Positions 21,505-46,122 are shown, counted from the first letter of the stretch. The stretch is DNA of 64,000 nucleotides from an uncultured bacterium (GCA_963701085.1 OY969561.1:384001-448000); one strand, 5' to 3'. The notes: generated by a model not told the origin, from the sequence alone. Numbers and translations are program-made.

Positions 21505-24500
21505 TTATGAACTATCGCCGGTAGAGCTTAATCCATCAATGGTGACATTACCAGAGCCATCTATTTTCATACGCTCAACGCCAGCAGTATCAAATGAAAG
21601 CGTGTTAGCGGTGGCAGCAGAAAAACCAGTATTGGTGCTTCCAGTAAATTGAATTGAAGGTGCTGCTGCAATTCCAGCCGGATGGGTCAGTGTGCCCGTC
21701 ATGGTGTCGCCCGCTTTGAGAACGTTGAGCGAAGCAGCGCCGGTTAAACTTGCCGTAATTGTACCAGCAGAGAAATTACCTGAACTATCACGTGCAACAA
21801 TAGTGGATGCTGTATTGGCACTCGTTGCATTGGTGGAAAGTGATACATCATTTGCATCATTGGTGATAATTGTATAGGCATCACCTTCAAGAAGTGTTTT
21901 AAAATTAAGTGTTGTCCCTGTGTTACCTTGATAAATAAGACCTGTTCCTGAGCCAACATTTGCACCAGTGGTTTGACTTGGTAGTGAAAACTCTGCGAAT
22001 GTAATTGGATCTGTATCTATAATTGCCGTTGGTGTACTACACAGCCAGCTTGATCCTGCATAGATAGTTCCATCAAGAATAAGAACATACGCAGATCCGG
22101 CTTCAGTCCCGGTAGCAAAATCTGCTGGACGAGTCCATGCGCCACTTGCAACAACCCAGAGGCCATTTTGTATTGCACTTGTTTGTCCATTAAGAAGCAC
22201 ACGATTACTCGCCACCAATGATACGCCATCAATAGTTTGTAATCCCGTTAATGCTACGTTAGTAAGACTTATTACAATTGCTGGATTTTTTATAGTCAGA
22301 CCAAGTGATATTGCCGCATCAACATATGCTTTTGTTGCAGCATCGGTAGGATTTGTCGTAGTTCCTGCAAGAGTAATCATATTAGTAGCAAAATTGCCTG
22401 AGCCATCACGTACCACAATATTGCCTGGTGTATTAGTGCTCGAAATGTTAGCCAATTTATCATTAGTTATTGTGCTTGCAGTAATATCAGCATCAACTAT
22501 CAATGAACTTGATAGTAGTCCTGCTGAGCTACTATGAATTACCCCCACGCCAAATGCATCAATAGTAACATTACCAGAACCATCTATTTTCATACGCTCA
22601 ACGCCAGCAGTGTCAAAAGACAGCGTATTAGCGGTAGCAGCAGAAAAACCGGTATTGGTGCTGCCGGTGAATTGTATTGAAGGAGCAGCTGCTGTTCCCG
22701 CCGGATGAGTTAAGGTGCCGGTCATGGTATCGCCCGCTTTTGCAACTTTGCTATTAATTTGTGTTTGCACGGAAGATGTTGTACCAGATAAATAACCAAG
22801 TTCAGTACTCGTTGTAACGCTTGATGACAACTCATTGGTGCTTGGATCGGTAATGACCACTCTACCTGCAGTGAGTGTGCCAACAATAAAGTTGCTATCT
22901 GTTTTTAAAACACTTGCTGCGCTTCTATACAAGTTGGTATCAGTATCAAAAACAATTTTTGTGCCTGCAGTTGGTAAATTGACGAGATTATTAAATCCAT
23001 CCAATTGCATTACCGTATAATTTGATACCGCTGTTTGACCAGTAAGATCACTGTTTTGATAATTAAATGAGAGTGTAGCGGCAGAACCATTTTTGGTAAT
23101 ATCCCACCCGCGTAGTGCAGATGTTGTACCAACAGGAGAGCCAGTATCAGAAACTAAACGCAGCCCTGCGGTATCAGCTCTATTGGTGGTGATGGCAGCA
23201 ACTGTTGCATTCGCTTGTGATATAACAAAAGAACTTGATGGATTTGATAATGGATTTTTAAAACCTATCGCCTGGGTAGAATATAATGATGTTTTATATT
23301 GAATTGCAGGATTGTTTACTGTTCCTATTCCCGCTTCAATTAAGGTAGTATCTTGATCGGCAAAAGATCCAATAGTCAGCGCATCACCATTGTCTAAATC
23401 AAAAAATGCGAGCGTAACATTGGTTGAACTATTGATGCTCATTGCGCTGCTTGATGCAGTACTTGCATTGAGGTTAAGTGTTGTAGTGCCTTGTTGTAAA
23501 ATATTTGTTGTACAATTTTGAATAACAAGTCCTGATGCAAGAAGAACCGTTGAAGAGGTATCTGATGATCCCCCAACTTGTATACCAGTAACATAATCAT
23601 GCATAATACCACTGCTGATATTAACATAACCACCATTGGTAACAACAATACTGCTACCTTCAGCAACGCCAAGGCTATTATAACCATCAAATTCACAACC
23701 AATTATTTCAGCAATAGACCCTGCACCACTGACTTGTATATCAATATCGCTTGAACTATTTGTTAATTCAAAAGTACAGCCAGAAAGCGCCAGATGAGAT
23801 GAGCCTGCTTGAACAACGTCATAATCATTCATTCTAAAGGTAACGCTATTGATGGTTATTTGTGCATTATTAGACGTGCCACTAATACCAGCACCAGTAC
23901 TACATAAACTGATCACACCGCCTGTGTAAACACACGTAGCACCTGATCCGGTAACACTAAATGCAGTATTTGCGGCAGGACCAGTTGGTGATGATGTACC
24001 AAACATTGAACAGGTATTTAATTCAACACGCGTATTATCAACATTGAGTGATGTTCCGTTACCTACAAAAAGACAGGTATCAAAACCATAGCTTTGTGAG
24101 GTTCCTCCTGAACAATTGACACCAATTAAAAAATTAAATACGCGTACATTATTAAATACCGATAAACTTCCTGCCGTCATAGAAATACCGGTACCAGTCA
24201 GCGCAGAAGATTCAAAGGTAACGTCAGCAATACGAACAGTATGTTCAATTAAGAGAAGAGTATTTGCAGGAGTGTTTGGCATAATTACTGTGCTGCTTCC
24301 AGATGCACCCACAATAGAAATTCCTGCAACCGTAATAGCTAATGCACCAGAACTATTATCTTCTGTATATATTCCTGAACCTATAAAAATAGTAACCGGG
24401 TTGGATAATGATGAAATACCATTGGCTGTTTGGATTGCTTTAGCAAGACTTGCGTATGGCGAGTTAAATGAACCATCACCAGAAGTATCATTGCCATATT

Positions 24501-25320
24501 TGGTAACATAAATAGTTTCGCTTGAAGCAGGCGTTACCGATCCGCCTTCAGTAACCCATGCTAAATTGGTTGGTGTTGCGGTGCTTGCACGCAACACTTG
24601 ATTTGAAGTTGGTGCTACTGGTGGGAATGCTACGGTGTAGCTTGATGTAACAACAGAAGGTGCAGCAAGTCCTACATAGGCAGTAGCTGCGATATCTTCA
24701 AGATAAATGATGCCTTGTACAACGTGATCAGTTACTGAAATAGTTGGTGTTGTGATAGAACCCGTAACAACCGCGTCAGCGGCTGAAAGTAGACCTTGTA
24801 TTGTTGCTGTATAAGGAGGAGAGCGTGTCCCTTTTGTCTTATCATAAAGAGCATCTTTTTTTGCGTCTGCAGATTGTAATGCAGAGACATCAACGGTTAA
24901 TTCCCCGTTCATTACTTGGTTAATTGTCGTTTCAAGCTGAAGAAGAAGTTCATTTTTTTTGGCATTATTAAAACGCGTGCAATTGCGTTCTAAAAGTTTT
25001 TCCGCATGGTTGAGTGTTTCAAGAACAGCACTATATTCTGCAACAGCATATCCATGCTCAATATGTCTTTTGAGTTCATGCAGTAGCGAATCATTATCTT
25101 TATCCAATTCGCTTATGCGTGATACAAGCTCAGCAATGTTACTGAATTTTTTACCAAGAACGACATATGACTCATCCGAATGTTTTGTCATCATCTCTTT
25201 ATCATGGGCAGAGAGGGAGGAAATTAAATCATCCGCCATTGCCGCAAGAGGAAGTGGAGCAATTAATAACGTCAGCGATATCAATAGTGAAAAGAATCTC
25301 GACGTTTGAACATGCTTCAT
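21505..25320 (-). CDS. F4 N-terminal part: signal peptide, N-domain, beta-helix domain, tail-fibre domain
   Basis: [54 protein letters not shown] and [24 protein letters not shown]...GAWTRPADF. Confidence 0.85.
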   Translation of the reverse strand: MKHVQTSRFFSLLISLTLLIAPLPLAAMADDLISSLSAHDKEMMTKHSDESYVVLGKKFSNIAELVSRISELDKDNDSLLHELKRHIEHGYAVAEYSAVLETLNHAEKLLERNCTRFNNAKKNELLLQLETTINQVMNGELTVDVSALQSADAKKDALYDKTKGTRSPPYTATIQGLLSAADAVVTGSITTPTISVTDHVVQGIIYLEDIAATAYVGLAAPSVVTSSYTVAFPPVAPTSNQVLRASTATPTNLAWVTEGGSVTPASSETIYVTKYGNDTSGDGSFNSPYASLAKAIQTANGISSLSNPVTIFIGSGIYTEDNSSGALAITVAGISIVGASGSSTVIMPNTPANTLLLIEHTVRIADVTFESSALTGTGISMTAGSLSVFNNVRVFNFLIGVNCSGGTSQSYGFDTCLFVGNGTSLNVDNTRVELNTCSMFGTSSPTGPAANTAFSVTGSGATCVYTGGVISLCSTGAGISGTSNNAQITINSVTFRMNDYDVVQAGSSHLALSGCTFELTNSSSDIDIQVSGAGSIAEIIGCEFDGYNSLGVAEGSSIVVTNGGYVNISSGIMHDYVTGIQVGGSSDTSSTVLLASGLVIQNCTTNILQQGTTTLNLNASTASSSAMSINSSTNVTLAFFDLDNGDALTIGSFADQDTTLIEAGIGTVNNPAIQYKTSLYSTQAIGFKNPLSNPSSSFVISQANATVAAITTNRADTAGLRLVSDTGSPVGTTSALRGWDITKNGSAATLSFNYQNSDLTGQTAVSNYTVMQLDGFNNLVNLPTAGTKIVFDTDTNLYRSAASVLKTDSNFIVGTLTAGRVVITDPSTNELSSSVTTSTELGYLSGTTSSVQTQINSKVAKAGDTMTGTLTHPAGTAAAPSIQFTGSTNTGFSAATANTLSFDTAGVERMKIDGSGNVTIDAFGVGVIHSSSAGLLSSSLIVDADITASTITNDKLANISSTNTPGNIVVRDGSGNFATNMITLAGTTTNPTDAATKAYVDAAISLGLTIKNPAIVISLTNVALTGLQTIDGVSLVASNRVLLNGQTSAIQNGLWVVASGAWTRPADFATGTEAGSAYVLILDGTIYAGSSWLCSTPTAIIDTDPITFAEFSLPSQTTGANVGSGTGLIYQGNTGTTLNFKTLLEGDAYTIITNDANDVSLSTNATSANTASTIVARDSSGNFSAGTITASLTGAASLNVLKAGDTMTGTLTHPAGIAAAPSIQFTGSTNTGFSAATANTLSFDTAGVERMKIDGSGNVTIDGLSSTGDSS

Positions 25321-25390
25321 GAAACAACCTTTTTTTTTGAGGACTTTGAAAACATAGATAAGATAAAAAATACACTAAATCAATACAAAC

Positions 25391-25417
25391 AAAAAAACCC
25401 TTGCCTAAGCAATGGTT
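25391..25417 (-). terminator. Probable terminator overlapping the F5 stop codon
   Basis: Minus strand AACCATTGC-TTAG-GCAAGGGTTTTTTT, an imperfect stem followed by a U-tract. Confidence 0.55.
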
Positions 25418-28083
25418 CTATCACAATATTCTTGTAATTCTGCTCTAATCTGATTAATTGCGTTATTCATTTCTACAATGGTGGTTTGTTGTGTCTCAAT
25501 AATTTTTTGTTGTTTCTGTAGTTCATTCAACAGCAAAACTGGTAATAAGTTATAGCGAACGGTATATGGCAATCCATCTGCATCTTTTGATACAATTTCC
25601 GGAAGTAGCTCTTCTACTTCTTCGGCAATGAGACCAAATATTATATCTTCTGTGTCATCATTATTATAGATAAACGTCACTGGACGAAGTTTAAAAATGT
25701 TTTCTGAAATATCACCCATATCTTGTATATTATGTTTAAATCTTCGTGAAGACAATGCAATACCCAGTTGACCATTAGAATCAATAGTCACAACATTGCC
25801 TGATATGCCCACACCCGCAATTCCTGCAATAAAGCATTCTGATTGTGCAGTTCCAATGCGAGTAGTATTTGATTCAGAAGATGATCCAGCGCTCGCATTA
25901 AGATAAATATTATTATTACCTGTTGTGAGCCCTTGCGCTGCTTGATAACCAATTGCAATATTATTAGTTCCTGTTGTAATTGAGACTAAAGCATTTGTAC
26001 CAAAAGCACTGTTTTGTCCCGTTCCACTGGTTGTAAAGTTGCCCGCGTTAACACCAATAAATGTATTGTTAGTTCCATAATTACTAATAAACGCTAATCC
26101 GTTTTTAGTAATATTCCCTATTGTGGCACTCATTGAATTACTCAGTTGTATAGTGCCACTCATCACCGCATCAACAATGCTTATCGTCTGCGCTGCAAAA
26201 CTACCGGTATTATCACGTGCAACAATAGTAGTTGCCGTATTAGCACTTGTTGCATTGGTGGAGAGCGATACATCATTTACGTCATTGGTGATAATAGTGT
26301 AGGCATCACCTTCAAGTAATGTTTTAAAATTGATAAAATTAGCTGTTTTATCTCTAAAAATAAGACCTTGCCCTGTACCTACATTTGCACCAGTGGTTGT
26401 CTCAGCAAGAGTGAATAATGCAAAACCAATAGGATCTGTATCAATCACCGCACTGGGAGTATTGCAAAGCCAACTTGATCCCGCATTGACGGTACCTTCA
26501 AGAATGAGAACGTATGCTTCACCAGCAGTTGCCCCAGAAGCAAAATCTGCTGGACGTGACCATGCCCCAGCAGCAACAATCCACAAACCATTTTCAACCA
26601 GGTTTGTTTGTCCTGTCAGAAGAACACGGTTTGTTCCACTCGGAAATGTTACGCCATCAATAGTAGGAAATCCACTTAATGTTTCATTAGCTACACTCAC
26701 AACAACCGCAGGTGTTTTTGCAATAAGGGCTGTTACTGATGCATCAACATAAGCTTTAGTTGCTGCATCAGTTGGGTTGACGACGGTGCCGGTAATAGTA
26801 ATTTCATGTGCCCAAAAATCACCTAAACCATCAAGAACTACTATAGAACCCGGTGTGCCAGCACTTGAAATAGTTGCAAGCTTATCATTAGCGATAGTGC
26901 CTACCGTAATATCAGTATTCACCAGCAATGCGCTTGATAGGATACCTGAGGCATCATTGTGCACAAGCCCTGCTGGCTCAAGACTAGCAACAATAAGATT
27001 TGTTATGACCGCATCAGTAGAAGAAAAATCAGTTGTTGTTAAGTTTTCAACAACCGCATCTACAACAGAAACAGTACCGCTAATAGAAAGATTACCAATA
27101 GAAAGATTATCAATTGTGGCATCGTTGGCGGACAAACTATCTACGCATAAACTATCAATGCAACCAGCTATTGTTAAATCAGCAACAGAAAGATTTATTA
27201 TAATCGCATCAGTAGAAGAAAGATTAGTTGCTGTTACATTTGTTATGACCGCATCGTTAGCAGAGAGACTGTGGCCACCAACAAAAAGATCCGTTATGAC
27301 CGCATTAGTAACAGAAAGATTGTTCACGCATAAATTATTCATACAATCCTGTACTACTAAGTTTTCAATAACCGCATCAGTAATAGAAAGAGTGCCGTTA
27401 ATAGAAATATTATCTACGACGATATCAGTGGCTGACAAATTATTCACGCATAAATTATTCATGCAATCACTGACGATTAAATTTTCAACAACAGCATCTA
27501 CAGCAGAAAGAACACCCTTGATGGTGACGTTATTTTTAAATTTTGCTGATTTACCTACTTTCAATTTTCCCGCAATACTTATTCCTTGTTGTGTTTTTAT
27601 ATGTTGTGCAATTGTAGCCTTGCCAAGCACATCAATGTTGTCAACGATGACTAATGTTGGTCGTCGTATTAATGAGCCATTGATAACATTGTCTATTATT
27701 TCATTAAGATCAGCGGTTATTTTTTCTGCGTAAGTAGTATCTAAATGTGTATAATTTTTTTGTAAAATATTTTCGGCATATTCAAGCGTTGCAATTACCG
27801 CATCATATTCTGCGAAAGAAGATCCATTTTTAATATGTTTATGTAATTCATGGAGAATTGAATCATTTTTTTCATCCAAATCACTTAATTGAGAAATTAT
27901 TTCTGCAATATTACTCAGCTCTGTACCGAAATCTACGTATGAAGTGTCTTCATTGTGCGTAATGCTCTGTGCTTTCAGTGGTGACATGTTGGTGATTATT
28001 TCTTCTGCTAGCGCAGAGAGTTGTAGCGGTGCAGTTAATGAAGAAATGGCAATGAGTAAAGAAAAAAAGCGTACATTAAACAT
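25405..28083 (-). CDS. F5: exported tail-fibre-like protein with Cys-containing beta repeats and an S74-like domain
   Basis: Intact ORF with signal peptide, N-domain, [12 protein letters not shown] repeats, tail-fibre domain, only about three 17-aa repeats, and LSSRRFKHNIQDM...FGLIAEEV. ATG at 28083; the track starts at TTG 28086. Confidence 0.9.
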   Translation of the reverse strand: MFNVRFFSLLIAISSLTAPLQLSALAEEIITNMSPLKAQSITHNEDTSYVDFGTELSNIAEIISQLSDLDEKNDSILHELHKHIKNGSSFAEYDAVIATLEYAENILQKNYTHLDTTYAEKITADLNEIIDNVINGSLIRRPTLVIVDNIDVLGKATIAQHIKTQQGISIAGKLKVGKSAKFKNNVTIKGVLSAVDAVVENLIVSDCMNNLCVNNLSATDIVVDNISINGTLSITDAVIENLVVQDCMNNLCVNNLSVTNAVITDLFVGGHSLSANDAVITNVTATNLSSTDAIIINLSVADLTIAGCIDSLCVDSLSANDATIDNLSIGNLSISGTVSVVDAVVENLTTTDFSSTDAVITNLIVASLEPAGLVHNDASGILSSALLVNTDITVGTIANDKLATISSAGTPGSIVVLDGLGDFWAHEITITGTVVNPTDAATKAYVDASVTALIAKTPAVVVSVANETLSGFPTIDGVTFPSGTNRVLLTGQTNLVENGLWIVAAGAWSRPADFASGATAGEAYVLILEGTVNAGSSWLCNTPSAVIDTDPIGFALFTLAETTTGANVGTGQGLIFRDKTANFINFKTLLEGDAYTIITNDVNDVSLSTNATSANTATTIVARDNTGSFAAQTISIVDAVMSGTIQLSNSMSATIGNITKNGLAFISNYGTNNTFIGVNAGNFTTSGTGQNSAFGTNALVSITTGTNNIAIGYQAAQGLTTGNNNIYLNASAGSSSESNTTRIGTAQSECFIAGIAGVGISGNVVTIDSNGQLGIALSSRRFKHNIQDMGDISENIFKLRPVTFIYNNDDTEDIIFGLIAEEVEELLPEIVSKDADGLPYTVRYNLLPVLLLNELQKQQKIIETQQTTIVEMNNAINQIRAELQEYCDRTIA

Positions 28084-28125
28084 CAAGATCCTTTTTTAAA
28101 TCTTACAATACAATCGATTGAGTCT

Positions 28126-28174
28126 ATAAAAACAAAGAGACTCTTGCAAATTGCAAGAGTCTCTTTGTTTTTAT
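28126..28174 (-). terminator. Long hairpin terminator after F6
   Basis: ATAAAAACAAAGAGACTCTTGCAA-A-TTGCAAGAGTCTCTTTGTTTTTAT, 24-bp perfect arms. Confidence 0.85.
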
Positions 28175-28186
28175 GGTAAATTATTT

Positions 28187-31100
28187 TTACGCGTTGCTTT
28201 CCATTATTTTCATACGTTGAGCAAATTGTTGGATTTGATTCTGCAGTGATTTAATTGCTTGATTCATAGCTTCAACGGTGATAGTGAGATTTTCAATAGA
28301 TTGATCTTGCTTTGCAATAGTTTCTTGTTGTTGCTCAATAGCTACTTTCTGCTTTTTCACTTCATTTAATAACAAGACTGGCAGTACATGATATTGAACG
28401 GAATATGGCTGCTCATCTATATCTCTTACTACAAGGTTGGGGAATACTTCATCAACTTCTTCAGCAATAAGTCCATAAGTTATGCTTTCTGTTGCATCAT
28501 CATTATAAACAAAAGTAACTGGGTTAAGCATGAATATATTACCTGAAGCATCATTCATATCTTGTATATCATGCTTAAACCGTCTTGATGAAGAAACTGT
28601 AGCAAGTTGACCATTTGTACTATCAATTAAGGCAGTTAATACATGGCCAGGTGGTATCGTTACACCAACAATGCCCTGTATAAAGCATGCTGTTTGTGAA
28701 GTACCAATACGTGTGGTATTAGCTTCAGCTGCTGTAGCGCCATTGGCATTAATATAAATATTACCACTTCCTGTGGTGAGCGTACCACCTGCACCTTGGC
28801 CAATCGCAATGTTATTACTTCCTGTTGTAACCGCAGGAAATGTAGCATTACCAAGAGCTGTATTATTAATACCTGTTGTATTTGCACTAAGAGATGAAGT
28901 ACCAATTGCAGTATTACTGTTGCCTGTGGTATTTGCATTCAATGCAGAGCTGCCAACAGCAGTATTAGAGATACCAATTGTATTGTGACCCAGAGTAGCA
29001 CTACCAAGAGCAGTATTATTAATACCTGTTGTATTTACATTAAGTGCAAACCACCCAACAGCGGTATTACTTGTACCCACTGTATTTGTAGCAAGCGCAC
29101 CAGCACCAACTGCAGTATTATCAATACCGGTTGTGTTTGCCTGAAGTGCGGTTGAACCAACGGCGGTATTTGCATTCGCTGCACCGGTTGTAACAGCAAG
29201 CGCATTATAACCAAGTGCAGTGTTATTAATGCCTGTTGTATTTGCAGCCAATGCACTATATCCAACAGCAGTATTAAATGTCCCGGTTGTGTTTGCAGCT
29301 AATGCACTTGAACCAACAGCGGTACTGCCACTCGTTCCCGTTGCGTTAGCAGCAAGAGCGTTATAACCAATTGCGGTATTATCAGTACCTGTTGTGCTCA
29401 CAAGTAATGCATCATAACCAAGTGCGGTATTATGAGTTCCAACGGTATTTGCAGCAAGTGCACTTTTCCCTACAGCGGTGTTATTTGTTCCCGTTGTATT
29501 TGCCGCTAATGCGCTACTTCCCACGGCGGTATTGTTACTTGTTCCCGTTGCGTTAGCAGCAAGAGCGTTATAACCAATTGCGGTATTATCAGTACCTGTT
29601 GTACTAACAGCCAATGCATTGTAGCCAAGTGCAGTGTTATCAATACCAACAGTATTTGCAGCAAGTGTACTTTTCCCTACAGCGGTATTAAATGTTCCGG
29701 TAGTATTTGCCGCTAATGCGCTACTTCCCACAGCAGTATTGTTACTTGTCCCGGTTGCGTTTGCAGCAAGAGCATTATAACCAATTGCGGTATTATCAGT
29801 ACCTGTTGTGCTCACAAGTAATGCATCATAACCAAGTGCGGTGTTATGAATTCCAACAGTATTTGCAGCCAATGCACTATATCCAACAGCAGCATTATTT
29901 GTTCCGGTTGTGTTTGCAGCTAATGCACTTGAACCAACAGCGGTATTAAAGCTTGTTCCGGTTGCGTTTGCAGCAAGAGCATTATAACCAATTGCGGTAT
30001 TATCAGTACCTGTTGTGCTCACAAGTAATGCATCATAACCAAGTGCGGTGTTATGAGTTCCAACAGTATTTGCAGCCAATGCACTATACCCAACAGCAGC
30101 GTTATTTGTTCCGGTTGTGTTTGCCGCTAATGCACTACTTCCCACAGCGGTATTAAAGCTTGTTCCGGTTGCATTTGCAGCAAGAGCATTATAACCAATT
30201 GCGGTATTATCGGTACCGGTTGTGCTCACAAGTAATGCATCATAACCAAGTGCGGTGTTATGAATTCCAACAGTATTTGCAGCCAATGCACTATATCCAA
30301 CAGCAGCATTATTTGTTCCGGTTGTGTTTGCCGCTAATGCGCTACTTCCCACAGCGGTATTAAAGCTTGTTCCGGTTGCGTTTGCAGCAAGAGCGTTATA
30401 ACCGATTGCGGTATTATCAGTACCTGTCGTACTAACAGCCAATGCATTGTAGCCAAGTGCAGTGTTATCAATACCAACAGTATTTGCAGCCAATGTACTA
30501 TATCCAACAGCGGTGTTAAATGCCCCTGTACCATTTGCTGTTAATGCACTAACGCCAATACCTGTATTGGCACCTGAACCACTTGTAGTAAAGTTACCCG
30601 CACTGATCCCAACAAATGTGTTATTTGTTCCAAAATCATGAATAAATCTACTTGATCCTTTTAATATATTTCCTGCGGTTGAAGTACTTGGTTCAGTGCT
30701 TAATATAAGATTTCCACTATGAACACCATCAGTCATACTAATGACCTGTGCAGCAAAACTACCCGTACCATCACGCTTTACTACTGTATTTGCAGTATTA
30801 AGATTTGTTCCACCTACTGTTGAATCAACATATGCTTTGGTTGCAGCATCAGTAGCATTAGTTGTAGTGCCATTCAGGGTAACCATATTTGTTGCAAAAT
30901 TACCCGATGCATCGCGTTTTACAATAGTGCTTGCAGTATTAGCGTTTGTTGCAGCATTAGCAAGTACCGTAGCTGCAGCAACATTAGCTGCTGTTTGTCC
31001 ACCAACGGTAGCAACAACCGTTGCACCTTGTGTGCCGGTTACGTCGCCAGCCAATGATCCTGAAAAGCTTGTAGCTGTAGTTGCTGTTGTAGCGTTACCA

Positions 31101-32629
31101 CTTAAGGCTGCAGTTATTGTTCCAGCAGAGAAGTTGCCTGATGAATCACGTTTTACAATAGTACTTACGGTATTAACATTTGTTGCAGCATTTGCAGCGG
31201 TTGTTGCAGTTGCAACATTGGCTGCAGTTTGTCCGCCAACAGTGCTGACAACCGTTGCTCCTTGAGTACCGGTGACATCACCAACTAATGAGCCAGAGAA
31301 ATTGGTTGCGGTTGTTGCCGTTGTTGCATTACCACTGAGTGCAGCGGTTATGGTGCCCGCAGAGAAGTTATTAGAAGAATCACGTAATACAATAGTACTT
31401 GCAGTGTTCGCAGCTGTTGCAGTTGTTGCAGAATTTGCAACTTTGCCAGCTGTACTGATTGTTGCAAGTTTACTATCAACAATTGCAGCTGCAGGATCAA
31501 CATCGGCATTAACAATTAATGATGTTGATAATAATCCTGCAGCACTATTGTGCACTATGCCAACCGTACTAAGACCATTAATAGTAACCCCACCTGTTGC
31601 GCTAATATTCATACGCTCCACAGCATTGGTATCGAATGATAATGTATTAACTGTAGCTGCTGAAAGCCCTGTCGTGGTACTTCCGGTAAATCGTAGTGAA
31701 GGAAGAGCAGCGGTTCCTGCCGGTAATTGTAATGCTCCAGTCATAGTATCACCAGCTTTGAGTACGTTAAGTGATGCAGCGCCGGTTAAACTTGCCGTAA
31801 TTGTACCAGCAGAGAAGTTGCCTGATCCATCGCGCAATACAATGGTATTTATGGTATTAGCACTTGTTGCCGCATTAGCAAGCACTGTTGCAGCAGCAAC
31901 ACTGGCTGCAGTTTGTCCACCAACTGCACTGACGACCGTTGCTCCTTGCGTTCCTGTAACATCACCAACCAATGAACCAGAAAAGTTAGTTGCTGTAGTT
32001 GCCGTTGTAGCGTTACCACTTAAAGCTGCAGTAATGGTTCCTGCAGAGAAGTTACCTAAGCCATCACGCACAACAATATCACCCGCTATATTAGAACTTG
32101 AAATGGTTGCTAAGTTTGCATTGGCAATTGTTGCGTTTGCTATGCTTGCTCCCGTAATTGTTGCAGGAGTAATGTCAGCATTTACAATTAATGAGCTCGT
32201 TAATAATCCCGCTGCGCTATTGTGCACTACACCAGCGGTACTGAATGCATCAATGGTAACACCAGAAGAACTGATATTCATACGCTCAACACCACTTGTA
32301 TCGAAAGATAAAGTATTTGCAGTTGCAGCTGAAATACCAGTGTTGGTACTTCCGGTGAACTGAATTGATGGAGCAGCCGCAGTACCCGCTGGATGAGTTA
32401 ATGTTCCACTCATAGTATCACCAGCCTTGAGAACATTTAATGAAGCACTTCCGGTTACGTTACCAGTGACATTGCCAGTTAAGTTTGCAGTGATTGTGCC
32501 GGCAGAGAAATTACCTGATGCATCACGTTTTACAATAGTACTTGCAGTGTTTGCATTTGTTGCAGCATTGGCAAGTACCGTAGCAGCAGCAACATTAGCT
32601 GCTGTTTGCCCGCCAACAGTACTGACCAC
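28187..32629 (-). CDS. F6 C-terminal part (reconstructed gene 28187-46122, ~5,980 aa): fibre repeats, 17-aa repeats, S74-like domain
   Basis: Contains VSSSRRFKHDIQDM...YGLIAEEV. The frame is open upstream to 32971, where a T is missing (cttcacagt versus cttcatcagt near 33471). Confidence 0.85.
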   Translation of the reverse strand: MVSTVGGQTAANVAAATVLANAATNANTASTIVKRDASGNFSAGTITANLTGNVTGNVTGSASLNVLKAGDTMSGTLTHPAGTAAAPSIQFTGSTNTGISAATANTLSFDTSGVERMNISSSGVTIDAFSTAGVVHNSAAGLLTSSLIVNADITPATITGASIANATIANANLATISSSNIAGDIVVRDGLGNFSAGTITAALSGNATTATTATNFSGSLVGDVTGTQGATVVSAVGGQTAASVAAATVLANAATSANTINTIVLRDGSGNFSAGTITASLTGAASLNVLKAGDTMTGALQLPAGTAALPSLRFTGSTTTGLSAATVNTLSFDTNAVERMNISATGGVTINGLSTVGIVHNSAAGLLSTSLIVNADVDPAAAIVDSKLATISTAGKVANSATTATAANTASTIVLRDSSNNFSAGTITAALSGNATTATTATNFSGSLVGDVTGTQGATVVSTVGGQTAANVATATTAANAATNVNTVSTIVKRDSSGNFSAGTITAALSGNATTATTATSFSGSLAGDVTGTQGATVVATVGGQTAANVAAATVLANAATNANTASTIVKRDASGNFATNMVTLNGTTTNATDAATKAYVDSTVGGTNLNTANTVVKRDGTGSFAAQVISMTDGVHSGNLILSTEPSTSTAGNILKGSSRFIHDFGTNNTFVGISAGNFTTSGSGANTGIGVSALTANGTGAFNTAVGYSTLAANTVGIDNTALGYNALAVSTTGTDNTAIGYNALAANATGTSFNTAVGSSALAANTTGTNNAAVGYSALAANTVGIHNTALGYDALLVSTTGTDNTAIGYNALAANATGTSFNTAVGSSALAANTTGTNNAAVGYSALAANTVGTHNTALGYDALLVSTTGTDNTAIGYNALAANATGTSFNTAVGSSALAANTTGTNNAAVGYSALAANTVGIHNTALGYDALLVSTTGTDNTAIGYNALAANATGTSNNTAVGSSALAANTTGTFNTAVGKSTLAANTVGIDNTALGYNALAVSTTGTDNTAIGYNALAANATGTSNNTAVGSSALAANTTGTNNTAVGKSALAANTVGTHNTALGYDALLVSTTGTDNTAIGYNALAANATGTSGSTAVGSSALAANTTGTFNTAVGYSALAANTTGINNTALGYNALAVTTGAANANTAVGSTALQANTTGIDNTAVGAGALATNTVGTSNTAVGWFALNVNTTGINNTALGSATLGHNTIGISNTAVGSSALNANTTGNSNTAIGTSSLSANTTGINNTALGNATFPAVTTGSNNIAIGQGAGGTLTTGSGNIYINANGATAAEANTTRIGTSQTACFIQGIVGVTIPPGHVLTALIDSTNGQLATVSSSRRFKHDIQDMNDASGNIFMLNPVTFVYNDDATESITYGLIAEEVDEVFPNLVVRDIDEQPYSVQYHVLPVLLLNEVKKQKVAIEQQQETIAKQDQSIENLTITVEAMNQAIKSLQNQIQQFAQRMKIMESNA

Positions 32630-32964
32630 CGTTGCTCCTTGTGTACCCGTAACATCACCAACTAATGATCCAGAAAAGCTTGTAGCGGTAGTTGCCGTTG
32701 TTGCATTACCGCTGAGTGCAGCAGTAATAGTACCTGCAGAGAAGTTACCTGAGCCATCACGAACAACAATATCACCCGCAATATTTGAACTCGAAATAGT
32801 TGCTAAGTTTGCATTAGCAATTGTTGCGTTTGCTATGCTTGCGCCGGTAATTGTTGCCGCGGTGATATCAGCATTAACAATTAATGAACTTGATAATAAT
32901 CCTGCTGCGCTATTGTGAACAACGCCTGCGGTAGCAAATGGTGTAACGGTAAGTGTGCTACTTA

Positions 32965-46122
<13,158 letters not shown>

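Noticed and set aside
29340-30500. CRISPR array
   Set aside because: The repeats are contiguous, coding and degenerate at third positions; there are no unique spacers or cas genes.
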